64,000 bases of DNA, from positions 39,184,001-39,248,000 of the forward strand of contig CM114271.1 in NCBI GenBank assembly GCA_050084515.1. Reading direction: 5' to 3'. Source of the DNA: Blasia pusilla (lineage: Eukaryota). Made by a program: the position numbers and the translations under genes. Of this stretch, positions 1-12,700 are shown piece by piece (the stretch's first letter is position 1; each line of letters begins with the position of its first letter). Below the pieces are notes generated by a model, which was not told where the DNA came from, searched no databases, and was given only the letters and a program-made list of their open reading frames with translations.

Positions 1-277
1 GGTTCGATTGTTCCACGGATGCGCCCATCATCTCCACTCGAGAAATGGGTTGTTCTTGCGATTCTCAGATTGTAGCGGCGGGTCTCCATAGCGTTGCAAC
101 GTGCCCAAGGCTAATGGGATTTTGCGGCGGGACGCTAGAGGCCCACTTAGTAGTAGTCATATTGATATTGTCTCTGCTGTTGGTGAGTTTCGTCGTTAGG
201 GGGAATGCCCCCTTCTTCCTTTTCTGGTCGTGTTGTGGCCTTCAGGTTTTGACTCTTTGAGTCCCCCTCTTTTGTAC
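1..277. repeat. Dispersed repeat (probable LTR-retrotransposon relic); second copy at 43336-43643 in the same orientation
   Basis: Shared colinear blocks, e.g. CATCATCTCCA(C/T)TCGAGA, GGGTCTCCATA, TTGCAAC(G/T)TGCCCAAG, TTAGTAGTAGTCAT, TTGATATT...TGTTGGTGA, in both places. TE class is inferred. Confidence 0.7.
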
Positions 278-986
278 TTCCGATGGGTTTTCCATCACTC
301 GTTTTTATCGAAGTGCATCTTTCTTTCTCTTTTAATCATATAGAGTATGGGAGAGCCATTGTAGGGTGTTCTTACATGAGCCGTCCCTTTCGACCTATAA
401 TTAATTGACACATGTCGCTAGCCAAAGTACGCAAGCTTAAAGAGCACATTATCTCCTAAGCTTTCCGGAAAAAAAAAATTGGTCCTCCTTGGCATTATGC
501 ACTCCTCTACACACTACCAAGTATGGACCCGCTTCGGTGGGTGTGGTTTAATTACAAACAAGATTGTTGTCGCATATCTTGGGTAGCTACTCCCCTGGGA
601 TATGTATAAAGGTGGTTAATAACTACTTGCATAAAGAAGTGATAAAACATGTTTCTGAAAGATGAATAAAGGTGGAAAAGTAATGATATTATTTCTTTCT
701 TAACAAACACGAATTTTTGTTAAACCATGTAGTGTAAATTTTTCTCGTAAATAGACTTTGGTTTGTTTAATATCTACTTAAACAAATATGTTGGGGATAT
801 TCCCAATTGTCATATACATAAGTACTTGGGGTTATACATTGCATATGCTCATTTAACAACTCATCGATACAAATAGACCTCCTTAAGTAGGTTTTAACAC
901 CAATGGTGCAATTTTTTTGGATTACAAATCTAAAGTACATGACTTATAGAGACTTCACACTTAGGAGTTTTAGGATTAGACATTAC

Positions 987-1140
987 CATGGTTGCACCTG
1001 GGTACTTGCGGCCCGCACCCGCAACCTGCCCTGGAGCCCGCCCAAAGACCCGGGTCTACGTGGCGGGCTATGGGCGGGCTCCAGTGCGGACCGGGCATGT
1101 CCGTTCCATGGATGCACTTGTCCATTTCTGTGCCATCTTG
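987..1140. mobile_element. Non-autonomous hAT-type MITE (family with CA(A/T)GGTTGCAC termini)
   Basis: Starts CATGGTTGCAC and ends GTGCCATCTTG (degenerate inverted terminus). Flanked by 8-bp TSD GACATTAC / GATATTAC (7/8). An 8-bp TSD is the hAT hallmark. Confidence 0.8.
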
Positions 1141-1814
1141 GATATTACAAAGAAGTGATATCAATTGCCTCGGCACAACCATTTGTGAGCCCTTTCGTTA
1201 GAGAGTGGAGAGTACGTCATGATCTTCTACTAAATAAAGAAGGGGTTGGTAGAAAAATCATCTTATATCAATGATTGCGAGAGCTAGAAGATTCGCCCTT
1301 ACTTGAAGAAAGACTCTCGACAAGACAAATGGTATCGAGAGAAACGAATGGGAGAGTTTTAAGAACTCACTATAGATGCTTAGACGTCATGATTGAAAGG
1401 AGGAGAGTCAAAGAGAGCGGGCTTGGAGACGACCAAGGAAGTCACCAAGTCCTTGCTTATGATCTAGACTGCCTAAGGAAGAGCACAATGTAAGTGTGAA
1501 CCTTGATCTTAGCCCAAGCAAGGACGACATGGGAAGAAAATATTTGGAATCCATGTGATGATAAGGGCAAAGAAGGGCGTACCTTCCCTCCGCTAGATAA
1601 TTCCACCACTAGATAATTCCACCACTTTAGGAAGGCCCTTACCACCTCTTTTGTATCAGGCTAGTCCTTCATTCGACTCTATCACTCTCTGTAACACTTT
1701 AATCAATGGCATAACTATGGAAGATCTTGTTAAGGTATCCCACCTTTCTTGGAGGTCAGAAGGAAGAAGTAGATAATTTAATGTTGGAATTTTTTCAATG
1801 TGGTGAATGCTTAT

Positions 1815-2436
1815 CAAGCTAGGTTACACACAGACAAAGTCCATGTCCACGTACTTATGTCCATCCTTAGGATAGACATATCCGTGCAGGCTTGCATACA
1901 TGCAACCCGCATCCAAGCCCGCCTTACTTGTAATATAGACCCCGGCTTGGCCAGCCTGCACTCGTTTCACAGCCTGCATCAAGCCCGCGGCAAGCCTGCA
2001 AGGTGGGCTCAAGGCCCACACGAAACAGGCTCATGGCAATTAGCGACATAGCATTTCTCAAACTTCGCCTTTGATTGGGTGAGAGGAGTCCACGTTTTTC
2101 AACAAGTTTTTCCAAGCTTTTGGGTGTTTCATCCCCTCAAACGAGGAATTCTTTGCTCTTGCGTAGGGTGGGCTCAACCGCGAGCCCTGTGCAGACCTTG
2201 AACCAGCCTTGCCCTGTGGGCCTATCGTGAACTAGTGCGGGCTGGGCACGGGCTTGATACGGGCCATGCAAGGGCTCATAGTCCGTACACCCGTTTGACC
2301 CCTGCTCGACCAAGACCGCACCTTTTCTCCCATCCCACGCCTATACAAACCAACGGGATACCAAAAAAACTTGAGCGGGAGACCCGTTGGGCATGTTTGT
2401 CCCATGGACGGACTTGTGTGTTTTCGTGCAACCTTG
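1815..2436. mobile_element. Non-autonomous hAT-type MITE, same family
   Basis: Right end ...CCCATGGACGGACTTG...GTGCAACCTTG; left end degenerate (CAAGCTAGGTTACAC). Candidate TSD ATGCTTAT / ATGCCAAT (6/8). GC-rich GCCC/GGGC subterminal motifs inside. Confidence 0.6.
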
Positions 2437-2523
2437 ATGCCAATGGGGAGGGTATTGAGGAAAAGATGCTTTGAGTCTTTCTAGGATCGTTGCAAAAGCA
2501 AGCCATCCAAATGAGCCAATGGT

Positions 2524-3066
2524 CAAGGTTGCACAGAAACGAACAAGTCCATCCATGGGACGGACATATCGGCCTGCACTTGAGCGGCACCCGAGCCCAC
2601 CCTGAGCCCACCACTCAGATCTAGGCTGACAGAGCCTGCACTTGTTGCGTGACCTACATGGCAGGCTCGTGGGCAGGGGAAATAGGTGTGGGCTCCGTCA
2701 ACCCGGGTCTAGATGGCTGGCTCCAGGGCAGGCTTCAGGCAGGATCGGGTGTGGGCCGTGGGTATCCGGGCCCGCACGAACATGTTCGTCCTATGGAAGG
2801 ACTTGTCCATATGGGTCCCATCTTTCCCTTCTTTCTCATTACCCGAACTTGCCTTCGTGTTCCATACTCCTCCATTTCTTCCTCCCTCCACCTCCACTCC
2901 CTCCTCCCTCATTGCTCCTCTCATCCTTGCCTTGCCTTCCATCATGGACTAAAAGTGTGGGTCCCAACTCTTGGAACCCATGTCCGTGGACATGTCTAGA
3001 TTTGTCCGTCCATGTCCGTCCTAAGGAAGGACTTGTCCATTTTTGTGCAACCATGGTGCAACCTTG
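2524..3066. mobile_element. Non-autonomous hAT-type MITE, same family (possibly composite)
   Basis: Starts CAAGGTTGCACAG and ends with a doubled terminus GTGCAACCATG-GTGCAACCTTG. The left flank CCAATGGT recurs 6 bp after the right end. Segment ~2860-3054 is repeated at ~5120-5300. Confidence 0.7.
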
Positions 3067-3079
3067 CAATTTCCAATGG

Positions 3080-4860
3080 TACGATGGCCTTTCAACGACC
3101 ACAGAGGAAACTTGGGCATCATTACTTTAGGCCTTTTAGCACAAATTTAGGGACTTGGAGTTCGGAGACAAGCTTGTCACCAAACTCCACGGCTAGAAGA
3201 GGAAGAAGGAAACCTTATACTAGGAGTATACCCAAAGATTCTACAATCTTGCATGGAGGTTGGAACATATTATGGTATCCCAGCTTATGGATTGGTTTGT
3301 GTTAGGTCTATCCAAGGGAATGGACTGGTACTACCAAAGAGGACAAGAAAATTCTTGAGCCTATCATTGCTTCAACAGAAGCTTACGAATCATTTGAGAA
3401 ATCGTGAAAAACAAGGAGAAGAAGGCACCGATGGGCCAAGTCTTTGTCCTCAGAGTCTTTGTCTTCATCTTCAAAATCTTCATCATGTGAGTCCAAGGAA
3501 GACTCGTCGTCCTCCGCTACTTCAGGCGACCAAAAGAAGCAGTAAAGAAGAAAGTGTAAGGGTACGAAGACTTGAAGACTAGAGAAGAGGAAGCTAGGAT
3601 TCAATTACGCGGCAACACATGGGCTTTCACGTCATTGAACTAGTCCCACAAGGAAATTAAAAGAGGAAGGGGAAAAATTAACAATGGATGATCTGGAAAA
3701 ATAGTTCATAGAACTAAAGGTGCAAGTAGCTGCACAAAAGGATCCTCAAAGGCATACGGGAATTCTAAGCTCCAATACCTCGTGCACTTCTCGCGGAAAT
3801 CAAGGCACACATCTCGAGAATGTTTCATGACTCAAAATCTTTGTTGGGTGCAAGAGGATCTGCCTAATGAGAAGGGATGGGTGGAAGCAGAGCAATGGGA
3901 GGGGTGTTATGCAATACAAGCGGTACCCAACCCAAGGGCCAATCGCAATTGGATTCCAAGATATGTTCCCTCAGAATTTTGAGTGCAAAAGCCTTTGCAC
4001 AAGATTATGCGACCCAACGCATTAACTCCTATGATGAAAAGGGGAAGTTTTTATAACTGCGCATCAATGGACCATGCATTGGGCCAATAATTTCCTTAAC
4101 CCAAAAAGGCATGTAGGGTTGAATCCTTTGTGTGGTAATTGCAAGAAGGGTAGGCATATAGTTATAGAGTTCACTAAGCCCAAAGTCCCCGTCTTTTAGT
4201 TAAATATGTACCTACTCCGCCCTAGGAACTAAATTTGAAGGAAAAAAGTCATATTACTGTTGGTGCGGGTAGAGGAGGTTCCCTTGTAGAAAAAGAAAGA
4301 AGTGAGAATTATTGAAGAGGAGGCAACCATTTTTGAGAAATCTTTGAAATGGCCTATAAATTAGCATATTGAAGTCTTTTTTGTAAAGACCTAGTCCAAG
4401 CCTGGGGAAGAGAAGAAGGAGAGTAAGGAAAAGACCACCTCGTGAAGAAATGAGAAGAAAGAAGATAAGAAGGAGACTTTCCAAGTGGGGAAAGCTATCC
4501 TCAAAGAGGATTTGGATCCATAGTTTGACAAAATCCATCCAAAGTATTTCCACAAAGATGTGGAATCACAAGTGAGAAGATTGGTAGACCTAGAAAGGAA
4601 GGTAAGGCCTTTCACTTGTACAAAAGATCCACACAAGACTTCGGAGGGACATACAATAATAACCTCCCCATTGATTCTTGAAGCATATGATTTGTTGAGG
4701 GATCTGGCTAGTATTCCCACAAACATATCTTTGTTACACTTGCTAATGGATAATCCAATTTATGGGAAAATTCTAGAGCAATGGAATCTAGGAAGAAGAA
4801 GAGCTAAAGGAACAAAGAAGGCTTTGCCTTCGGTTGACCTCTTTCGGATTGAAGTCAAAG
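3080..4860 (+). mobile_element. Degenerate Ty3/Gypsy-like gag region
   Basis: Broken frames with decayed CCHC zinc-knuckle-like motifs (~3780 CTSRGNQG..H.REC; ~4050 YNCASMDH; ~4130 CGNCKKGRH). YDLLRDLASIPTNISLLHLL (~4690) resembles the gag-protease linker of Gypsy-like elements. Many stops and frameshifts. Confidence 0.5.
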
Positions 4861-4865
4861 ATGTC

Positions 4866-5769
4866 GTGCGTATACACATCACTACACAACCTACTTCGTT
4901 GGTCAGATCTACACACCACACAACACCAATCTTCTCAACACACGAGTTGATCCATCCATAAACCAAACAACTCACACATATACATATACGCTAACACCCT
5001 GGTCTTAACTCGCACACAGGAGCAAGAATGGCAAGGTTGCATGTGGACAAAGTCCATATCCGTGGACATGTCCATGTCCATGTACTTATATATAAGTGCC
5101 CCATATCTTTCTCCCCCATATCATACTCCCCCATTTCTTCCTCCCTCCACCTCCACTCCCTCCTCCCTTATTGCTCTTCTCATCCTTGCCTTGCCTTCCA
5201 TCATAGACTAAAAGTGTGGATCCCACCTTTTGGAACCCATGTTCTTGGATATGTTCGTCCATGTCCGTCCTAAGGAAGGACTTGTTTTGGTGCAACCATG
5301 AAGAATGATGCTCCAACGGCCCAACATAAGAAAGATGGCTTGGGAAAGCAATCTTCCTCCCTTATATAGGTGTGGGAAGAGCCAAAAGGATCTTCCCCTA
5401 TAAATAGCAACCCTCTTGGTAACCTGCGCGCACACATTACCAAGGGTAGGTGACATGTTGAACAAGTCACCTGGTTCTGAAAGACCCCAACAAGAAAGTC
5501 GTCAAAAACGATGTTCTTGACACAACGGACATATCCTCAACCTCATGCAACACCTCGGGACGAAGTTACACTCAAAACATCCGCTTGCTCTCTATGTAGT
5601 CGCCACAATAAATCTCTACCTATCGGCTACTAAGATGTGATAGCTATCATGCGCATACACATCGCTACACAACCCACATCATTGGTCACATCTACACTCC
5701 ACATAACACCGATCTTCCCAACACACGGGTCAATCCATCCGTAAACCAAACAACTCACACATATACATC
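4866..5769. repeat. ~120-bp direct repeat pair (4866-4985 and 5650-5769) around an LTR-like segment; short third copy at ~7720-7740
   Basis: Both copies read ATACACATC(A/G)CTACACAACC...TCCATCC(A/G)TAAACCAAACAACTCACACATATACAT. CTATAAATAG (TATA-like) lies at ~5398. Confidence 0.75.
5032..5300. mobile_element. Non-autonomous hAT-type MITE, same family
   Basis: CAAGGTTGCA...GTGCAACCATG termini; 8-bp TSD AAGAATGG / AAGAATGA (7/8). Confidence 0.85.
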
Positions 5770-5799
5770 AAGACCCCACAACCGCCCCCCTAGCTGGCA

Positions 5800-7875
5800 G
5801 TTGGGTCCCCCTAACTCTAGATAGTAAATACCTATGTACCTGACATGATCTGCTTTTCTATACACATCTAGCACTATCGATGTCGTTGTCCCCATCATAC
5901 TCCCAAACTACATGCTGGATGTGTGCTCCTCTCCCCGAACCCTCCTGATCAGCTAACACCACATGTGAATGATGCCAACGTGGTCACCGTATCCTCACGC
6001 GGTCAACCATCACTATTCCCTGCAAACAATACCGGTAGATGGCTCACCCATCCATCACCTGATCGCCACCTTGGTCGATAAGAAACCGTCTCCTCCCAAA
6101 AATCTAGAATGAAACCAAGGGGATACAACACCGTACTCCCTACCAACACATTATACGACTTTTCCAGTATTGTAATCACCCTAGTGCACACCGTCGCACT
6201 ATCCAACTCATGCTCTACCTGGAGTCTAACCATCAATTCCTAACAAGTCATGTCTTGTGTGGGTAATACACCCCCAATAGAGGTGTGTATCTGAAAGGGA
6301 CAACGCTTGATGTCTCCTTTTCGTAACCCCAACGCCAAACACGCCGCCTTCCCTAACATCAAAGGCTGCACTCCCGAATCAAGTAGGACGCGGTGCAGGT
6401 GGTACATTGTACCTATGGGACTAACCAAGCCAAACACTCATGCTCGATTATCCAACAACACCACACCTCGTGTGATCATTGCTCGCTCTATGGCCAGTCA
6501 ATCTGGCATATCTACCAACTTCACCACCGCCGCATGCCATGACTCAGTGGACGATGTGACGAGCACCTGCTCCGAGGGCAATTTCACCACCTCCCTAACT
6601 ACCTCTGAATGAGAGGCAGTCCCCTCTCCATGCTCATACAACGTGGCGGCCAGTCGGTACACCTCCGCTAGTCCAACTTCCAACGTTGCTAACTCCATGG
6701 CAGAAAGCAACGGAGTCTGGCTCACCCTAGTGGCCACCTCCAACAACATGGTTGACATTGGCTCCTCTCGAACCGGCATAGGAATCGTCTCTCCAACTCG
6801 TCGTGACGTCGACGCACCTACCGCATCCATGGGTACTACCAATCATCGAGGCACCATTGAGGGTGTATAAAGTGCCTCCGACAATGTGAACGACTGGGAA
6901 ACCTTGGCCTGCCGCCCATCGGTCCCCTCTTGTGGGTCAATCTCAACCCCACCCCTCCATGGCTTGATTACTCTCGTAGCATCTTGAGTCACCACCGCAA
7001 CAACCTCAACCTGAGCCACACTACACATAAATCCCATCCCCATAAAATCCAAACCAGCATCGTGGTAAGATATTGAGCCTGGGGCCACACTAGCTACTCT
7101 CAACTCTGGGCCTGTCTGTATCTACATCATCATTATGGTAGCAATCCTCTGCTCCAATTGATTGATATGCATAAGGCGCGGTGCATCGGGTGCCTATCCT
7201 CCATCTCCTGTCACTGGTGATGGCATTTTACCACCACGATCATCCTCTACTCGATCTCCACCAACTCTCTCGCCCCCAAGTCCTCTACCTACCTTTGGGC
7301 ATATCCCTTGGCAAAGATCATAACACCTATCCCTAGTGTGACCATATCGGTGACAATGATCATACCGCAATTATGGTGGGGCCATCCTTTGTGGCTCCTG
7401 AGCAATCACAGGTGCCCGTGGCCCTCTCCAATGCTATGGGCAGTCCTTCTACCTATGTGGCCCACCACACGTCGAACAAGCCAACCCTGGTCCCTATTGG
7501 GATATGTCGGTATGGGCCATTGCTTCATTGGCTCATAATACCTGCCCTGCTCTCTAGGCCCATCAGCCCGCTCTCGTGGTATTGGTGCATGTTGGGACAC
7601 TTGTGGATCTACTCCTACTCGTCGACCCGTCGAATCCTCTAAAAATCTTGTCGTCACCACCTGCTCCTCACTCATGTTGAGCTCTATCCGCTCAGACAAC
7701 TTGAAGACCATTTTCGTGGGCATACACATCGCTACACAACATACATTGCTGTCAATAAACATACACACAAACATGCACAATCCCATGCTAACTCATGGCA
7801 TCCAAATAACGAGACGAGAATTACCAAAATATCTCCAATAAATCAATCACCTCTCTCGTCAACATCTTATACCAA
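5800..7875 (-). mobile_element. Degenerate LTR-retroelement relic with retropepsin-like aspartic protease
   Basis: ORF 6240-6437 contains RVLLDSGVQPLMLG (D-S-G catalytic motif), flanked by broken upstream and downstream frames. A weak PBS-like TGGTATAAGA lies at ~7864-7873 on the minus strand. Confidence 0.6.
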
Positions 7876-8589
7876 GCTCTCCATGGTGGCACTCACTCTT
7901 ATGTCAAACCAAATCCACTCTCCTAATGAGAGGCTTGGGTTACACACACAAGGCAAGGAGGACCATCGCTCCACCGCCTCATGCCAAGAGGTTCAAGAAA
8001 GAGAGAATGAGCTCTCAAGATCTCTCTCTCTCTCTTTGAGGTATACCCCCTTCCCTCTCCCAAGCTCTCTCCTCGGTAACCTATGCTCGCAGGTCATTTC
8101 CTTGGCTCTTGACCTGATATAGCGGGTCAAGGGCTAATTCCCAAAGTGGAAAGTCAACTATACTCCAAATAGAAACTTACCCGAAATAGTAAGTTTCTCT
8201 ATATGGCTCTAAATGAGCCGAAACGAAGGGGAAATCTGCTCTCTCATGTTATCCGTGGCCTCAATAGGTCATCCTCAACCCCTTGAGGCTATCCTATAGT
8301 ATCTTTGAAGGCGCTCTACTAGATCTCACCGATCTATCCTAAAAGTGGTGATACGATCTTCAATGTGGGCTTCGCCGTGTGAAGCAACATCGCATCCCAA
8401 AATCTCCTCCGCAGCTCCTCGTCCAGAACCCCGTCTCAATACTGCACTGATTACGCCTCAGTCATCCCATATGTGGCAACAATCAACCGTCGCATGTGTG
8501 TGAATGTCTCTCTCAAACTCTCATCCGATCATCGCTGAAAATCTTGTAGACTCTCCAACTTTTGAGTTCGCACGCCTCAAAAGACCATC

Positions 8590-9771
8590 TGATGCTATTG
8601 GAACTTTACTAGTATGCGTGATATGATGTTGAGTGTCATCTCCTCTAAGCACAATTGCAGGATCTTTCATCGCCTCAAAACTACTAAACCATTTAGCTTG
8701 TGGGGTCATATGATTTGATGGACCAGAGTCAATGTATCAATCTGTTGTCGAGTCTTTCTTGACCATTGCTCCCATATGATGAGACATAGCCAAGAGATGC
8801 TCAATTTGTGAATATTGTTGTTCTTGATAATGCCCTTGGTGTTGTTGCTCCACATAGTTTTGTTGTTGTAAGGCTCTTGTTCTCATATCTACCTTCTTTT
8901 TGAAGCAAAACTTTGTATAGTGACCCTTTATCCCATAGTAATTGCAAGATCCAAGGACCCTCTCCTACTAACCTCGATCCTAATAGTTTCCACCATCACC
9001 ATCTTGTGATTGTGTTTGGTACTGATTTGTAGTTGATTAAGTGACGTCATATTGAGTGTGTCTTCCTCCATATGCTCGATATCTACCATGACCACGGAAG
9101 CTTCTACCACGAACCTTGCCTCTGTTTGATCCATAACCTGCAAATAACGCACTCTCTTGTAGACTAGACGAGCTACCGCTACCTACTAGGCGCATCTCTT
9201 CACTAATTAACAGTGGGACTAATTCTTAAAAGGTTGGATAGTTCTCTCTCATAGAGATAGAGGTCTCAAAGGAATTGTAATCCTTTGGAAGGCCTTGAAG
9301 AGTGAAAAAAATCAGATCATCATCTTCTATTGTCACTCCAATGCTATTCAACTAATCAACAATATGTCTGATATTCAAAACATAATCATTGATGCTTTGC
9401 GATCCTTTCTTCACTTCGTTCAATTGTTGTTTCAATTGAAGCTTTCAGGCCTTTATAGATGTCAGGAACAACTTTTCCAATGCATCCCACGCATTCTTCG
9501 GAGTATGAACATCTTGAATGTGACCTATCATTGGCGAACAAATAGTTATTGAAATATAGTGGATTACTTGTCTTGTGCGTTTCTTCCAAGCGCGAACATT
9601 CAAGTCTGTTGAATCATCTTCTGGCTTGGCCTCATCACCTGTAACAAGCTCCCATAGTTCTTGACCTGTGAGAAATTGTTTCATACAAAACTTCCAAATA
9701 TTGTAATTCTGCTTATCTAGCTTCTCGCTTGTGATTGTTATTGAGGAATACTCCATGACGAACGATTTCAC
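8590..9771 (-). mobile_element. Truncated Ty1/Copia gag-protease relic
   Basis: EKLDKQNYNIWKFCMKQFLTGQELWELVTG (Copia gag N-terminus), AWDALEKLF, a degenerate zinc knuckle at ~8950-8905, and protease motif YIDSGPSNHMT at ~8735-8705. Truncated afterwards. Confidence 0.9.
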
Positions 9772-12700
9772 TCACAAAAACGTAATTTCATGCTCTCCAC
9801 TATTCCAATTGAAGCATATACCACTCCTAAATAGAAATTAACTTGATAATTTCCAAAATTGATCAACTATATGAAAGAACTAGTTGAAATTGGCCTGTAG
9901 AGAGCAAACTTCACATCTTTTCTTCACTAATTTTACTTTCGTACACTGAAATTGCTATTGCATGAGCTCAGAATGTCAGAATTGAGCGTTTTTGGATGTG
10001 TTGGAAAGCTCTCAGTAAGATCTACAAGATGGTTGGAACTAGCCTTTGGCGTCATTCTAATTGATGCGGATCCAAATAGCTAAATCGACCGAGAAAGCCC
10101 TCAAAATTGCCTCCAAAGTTTTATCACCGTGAGAGCTCCACTTGAAATCTGCACCCACTGAGCTCTGAACAAAATTTCCTTCTCACAAACTAAAATTTTG
10201 CCTTCTCTTGCTTCTCTTCTCTCCTCAAACACCAAGAATTTCAAGTGATGTTCTCTTATCTTTCTAATATCATGTAGAAAACTCCTAAAGAAGCATAACT
10301 GGTGGAAAACGGCTCTCACACTCACACACCACCATGGAGAACGAAATTTTTGAATGACATAATGAGGGGAGGTTGGCCCCCTTCTCAATTATATAGGGTA
10401 TGTACAAGCAACCCTAACCCTAATCTTAATTAACCATAGTTTCGAGTTATACTAACTGTGATTAACTAACCATAGTTAAGATAATCGCGCTTAACTGACT
10501 AACCAAGATTAAGCTTCCCTACTTTGTGTGAGTACCAAATGTAGCAGTTCGGATGTCTCATGAACTTGACTGTAACTCAATCTTCCATAATTTCCAATAG
10601 TCATTGAACTATTGTAACATCTTTCTTGTGAACATTGGAAACCCAAAGCATGAAGAATGATTCCATTATTCTAATGTCTTTCCTCATGAACACTCTAAAA
10701 TCTTGATACAAATAGTAATTCCTCTATTCAAAATTTTCAAAGCTTTTTGAAACATCACCTTCATGCTTCTTGATTAAATACGGTTGAAAGATCAACGAAA
10801 CCTCACATGCCAAGAAGGGATAGATAGATTTGAAAACTACCTTAAAATATACCTACCTAGTACTTTGGGCTTTAAAGCACTGTAAACTTAGATATCATAA
10901 TGATTCAAGTAATATATTCAAAATCATGTGGGAACAATAAAACCCTTCACACAAACATTGATTCAATTATTAAAACTTGAAGCATCTAATCTTTTTATTG
11001 ATTAAGGTTCTTGCCATCCAGGCAAGCCCAATATCTATAGGATGCAATAGGATTGCAATTATTTTGCAAATAATTGGTATATCTCAAGGATTTCCGAGAG
11101 TCAAGATGCACATGTACAAAGATTCGAATGAGGAGTATACCGATTAGGATAAACATTGGGAGTTTCGAAATCCTCTCAATTCTTCCATTGCAAGCTTCCA
11201 CTTTGTGGAAAATTACAGCAATATAAATTGGATATGGAAGAGCATTTGCAATCTCAACATCGACTTCATCTTATGGTTAATTAGCCCACTATGAGACAAG
11301 GTCTCAAAAAGAAGGGGTGAGCCGAAATTTCTTCAGAAAAGATAGAAAAGATCTTCCAAAAAATATTTTGCAATTGGCAGGAAGGTACAAATCATTCTCA
11401 TTCATTCATGTCTTTCTTGTTTAAATAAAGGTAATATATGATTTTCATTTCACGAAGGGCTTATCAATTAATTCTTATCTATACTTTGCAATCACTAGCA
11501 CACAAAACCTTGAATACTTGGTTATTCATTCTTATATATATTTTGCAATCTTTAGCATAGAAGATTATGAACGTTTGAGGAGGAATCCATAAGTGCCTAC
11601 TCATTGGAAGATATGGAAGGCTTGTACAAATCTACTAAACAAGCTTATCTCTCTCTCTCTCTCAAAATAATGAATGTTTACGCTATAATCCACACAAAGG
11701 CTATCATTTATCTTGTATAAGAACTTCTACATAGAAAATGGAAAATTATTAAAATAATTTTTTAAGGACTCGTCCATGAAAACTCTTAAATACGTAAATA
11801 TCTTGTTATTTTTTATTCCTAATTATTTACAATATTAATAAAAAAATGTATAATAATTTCATTAAAAAAATATTTTTATATGAGGTGAAACAAGGTTAAT
11901 TATAAGTAAGAAATATGATTTTTCAAAGAGAGTTTTAAAACTCAAGATATTGTAAATAGCCGTTTATTTGAATATGAATGTATTTTTATTTATTTCAATT
12001 TTAGTAGTTATTGCATTGGATTTATTTTACTCTTCAAGGCCAAGTTTTTCTTGGATTGTATTATCTTATCTTCTTTTATCCATGTTGGATTTTGTCTTTC
12101 ATAACACTATCAAACTCTATCGTCAGTAAATTAATAGGCTAATCTAGAATCATTTATATTAGTAACCAAGTAGATATCTTACAAACAGTAATGGGAATTA
12201 TATATGGATATCATGATAGTTATAGTTGAGCAAGAGTAGATAGTGTGGTCTGATAAAAGATCTATATGTGTAGTAGGAATAGAGAGTCCATGAATACACT
12301 ACCTCTTGATCTGTCTTGCATCAGTTGTACAAAAGTAGAGAATATCTATGTGATATACTAACATAGGATGGGCATCGACATACGTAGCTAAAGTATGACC
12401 TGTTGGGGAGGTACAAAACTTGTGTGCCAACTATCCCTGATTGAAAGGCAATTTAGGACTGCTTAAAGTAACTTGTCATTTTGGATAAGTTCCCTATTTT
12501 GGATAAGTTAGATTTCCCATTTTGGAAGGTTCCCCTGGATGTGCTATTGAGGGTTACAATTAGGAAAGTGAATTATATGCATAAGTCATCAAAGAGAAAG
12601 TTTGGGAGAGGAGAGGACATACAAAACGAAAGAGAGCTTGGGGAGCTAACTATCTCTTTGTTAAATCTTCATTTATCAGGCAAGGGAGCTGTGGTTCTCA

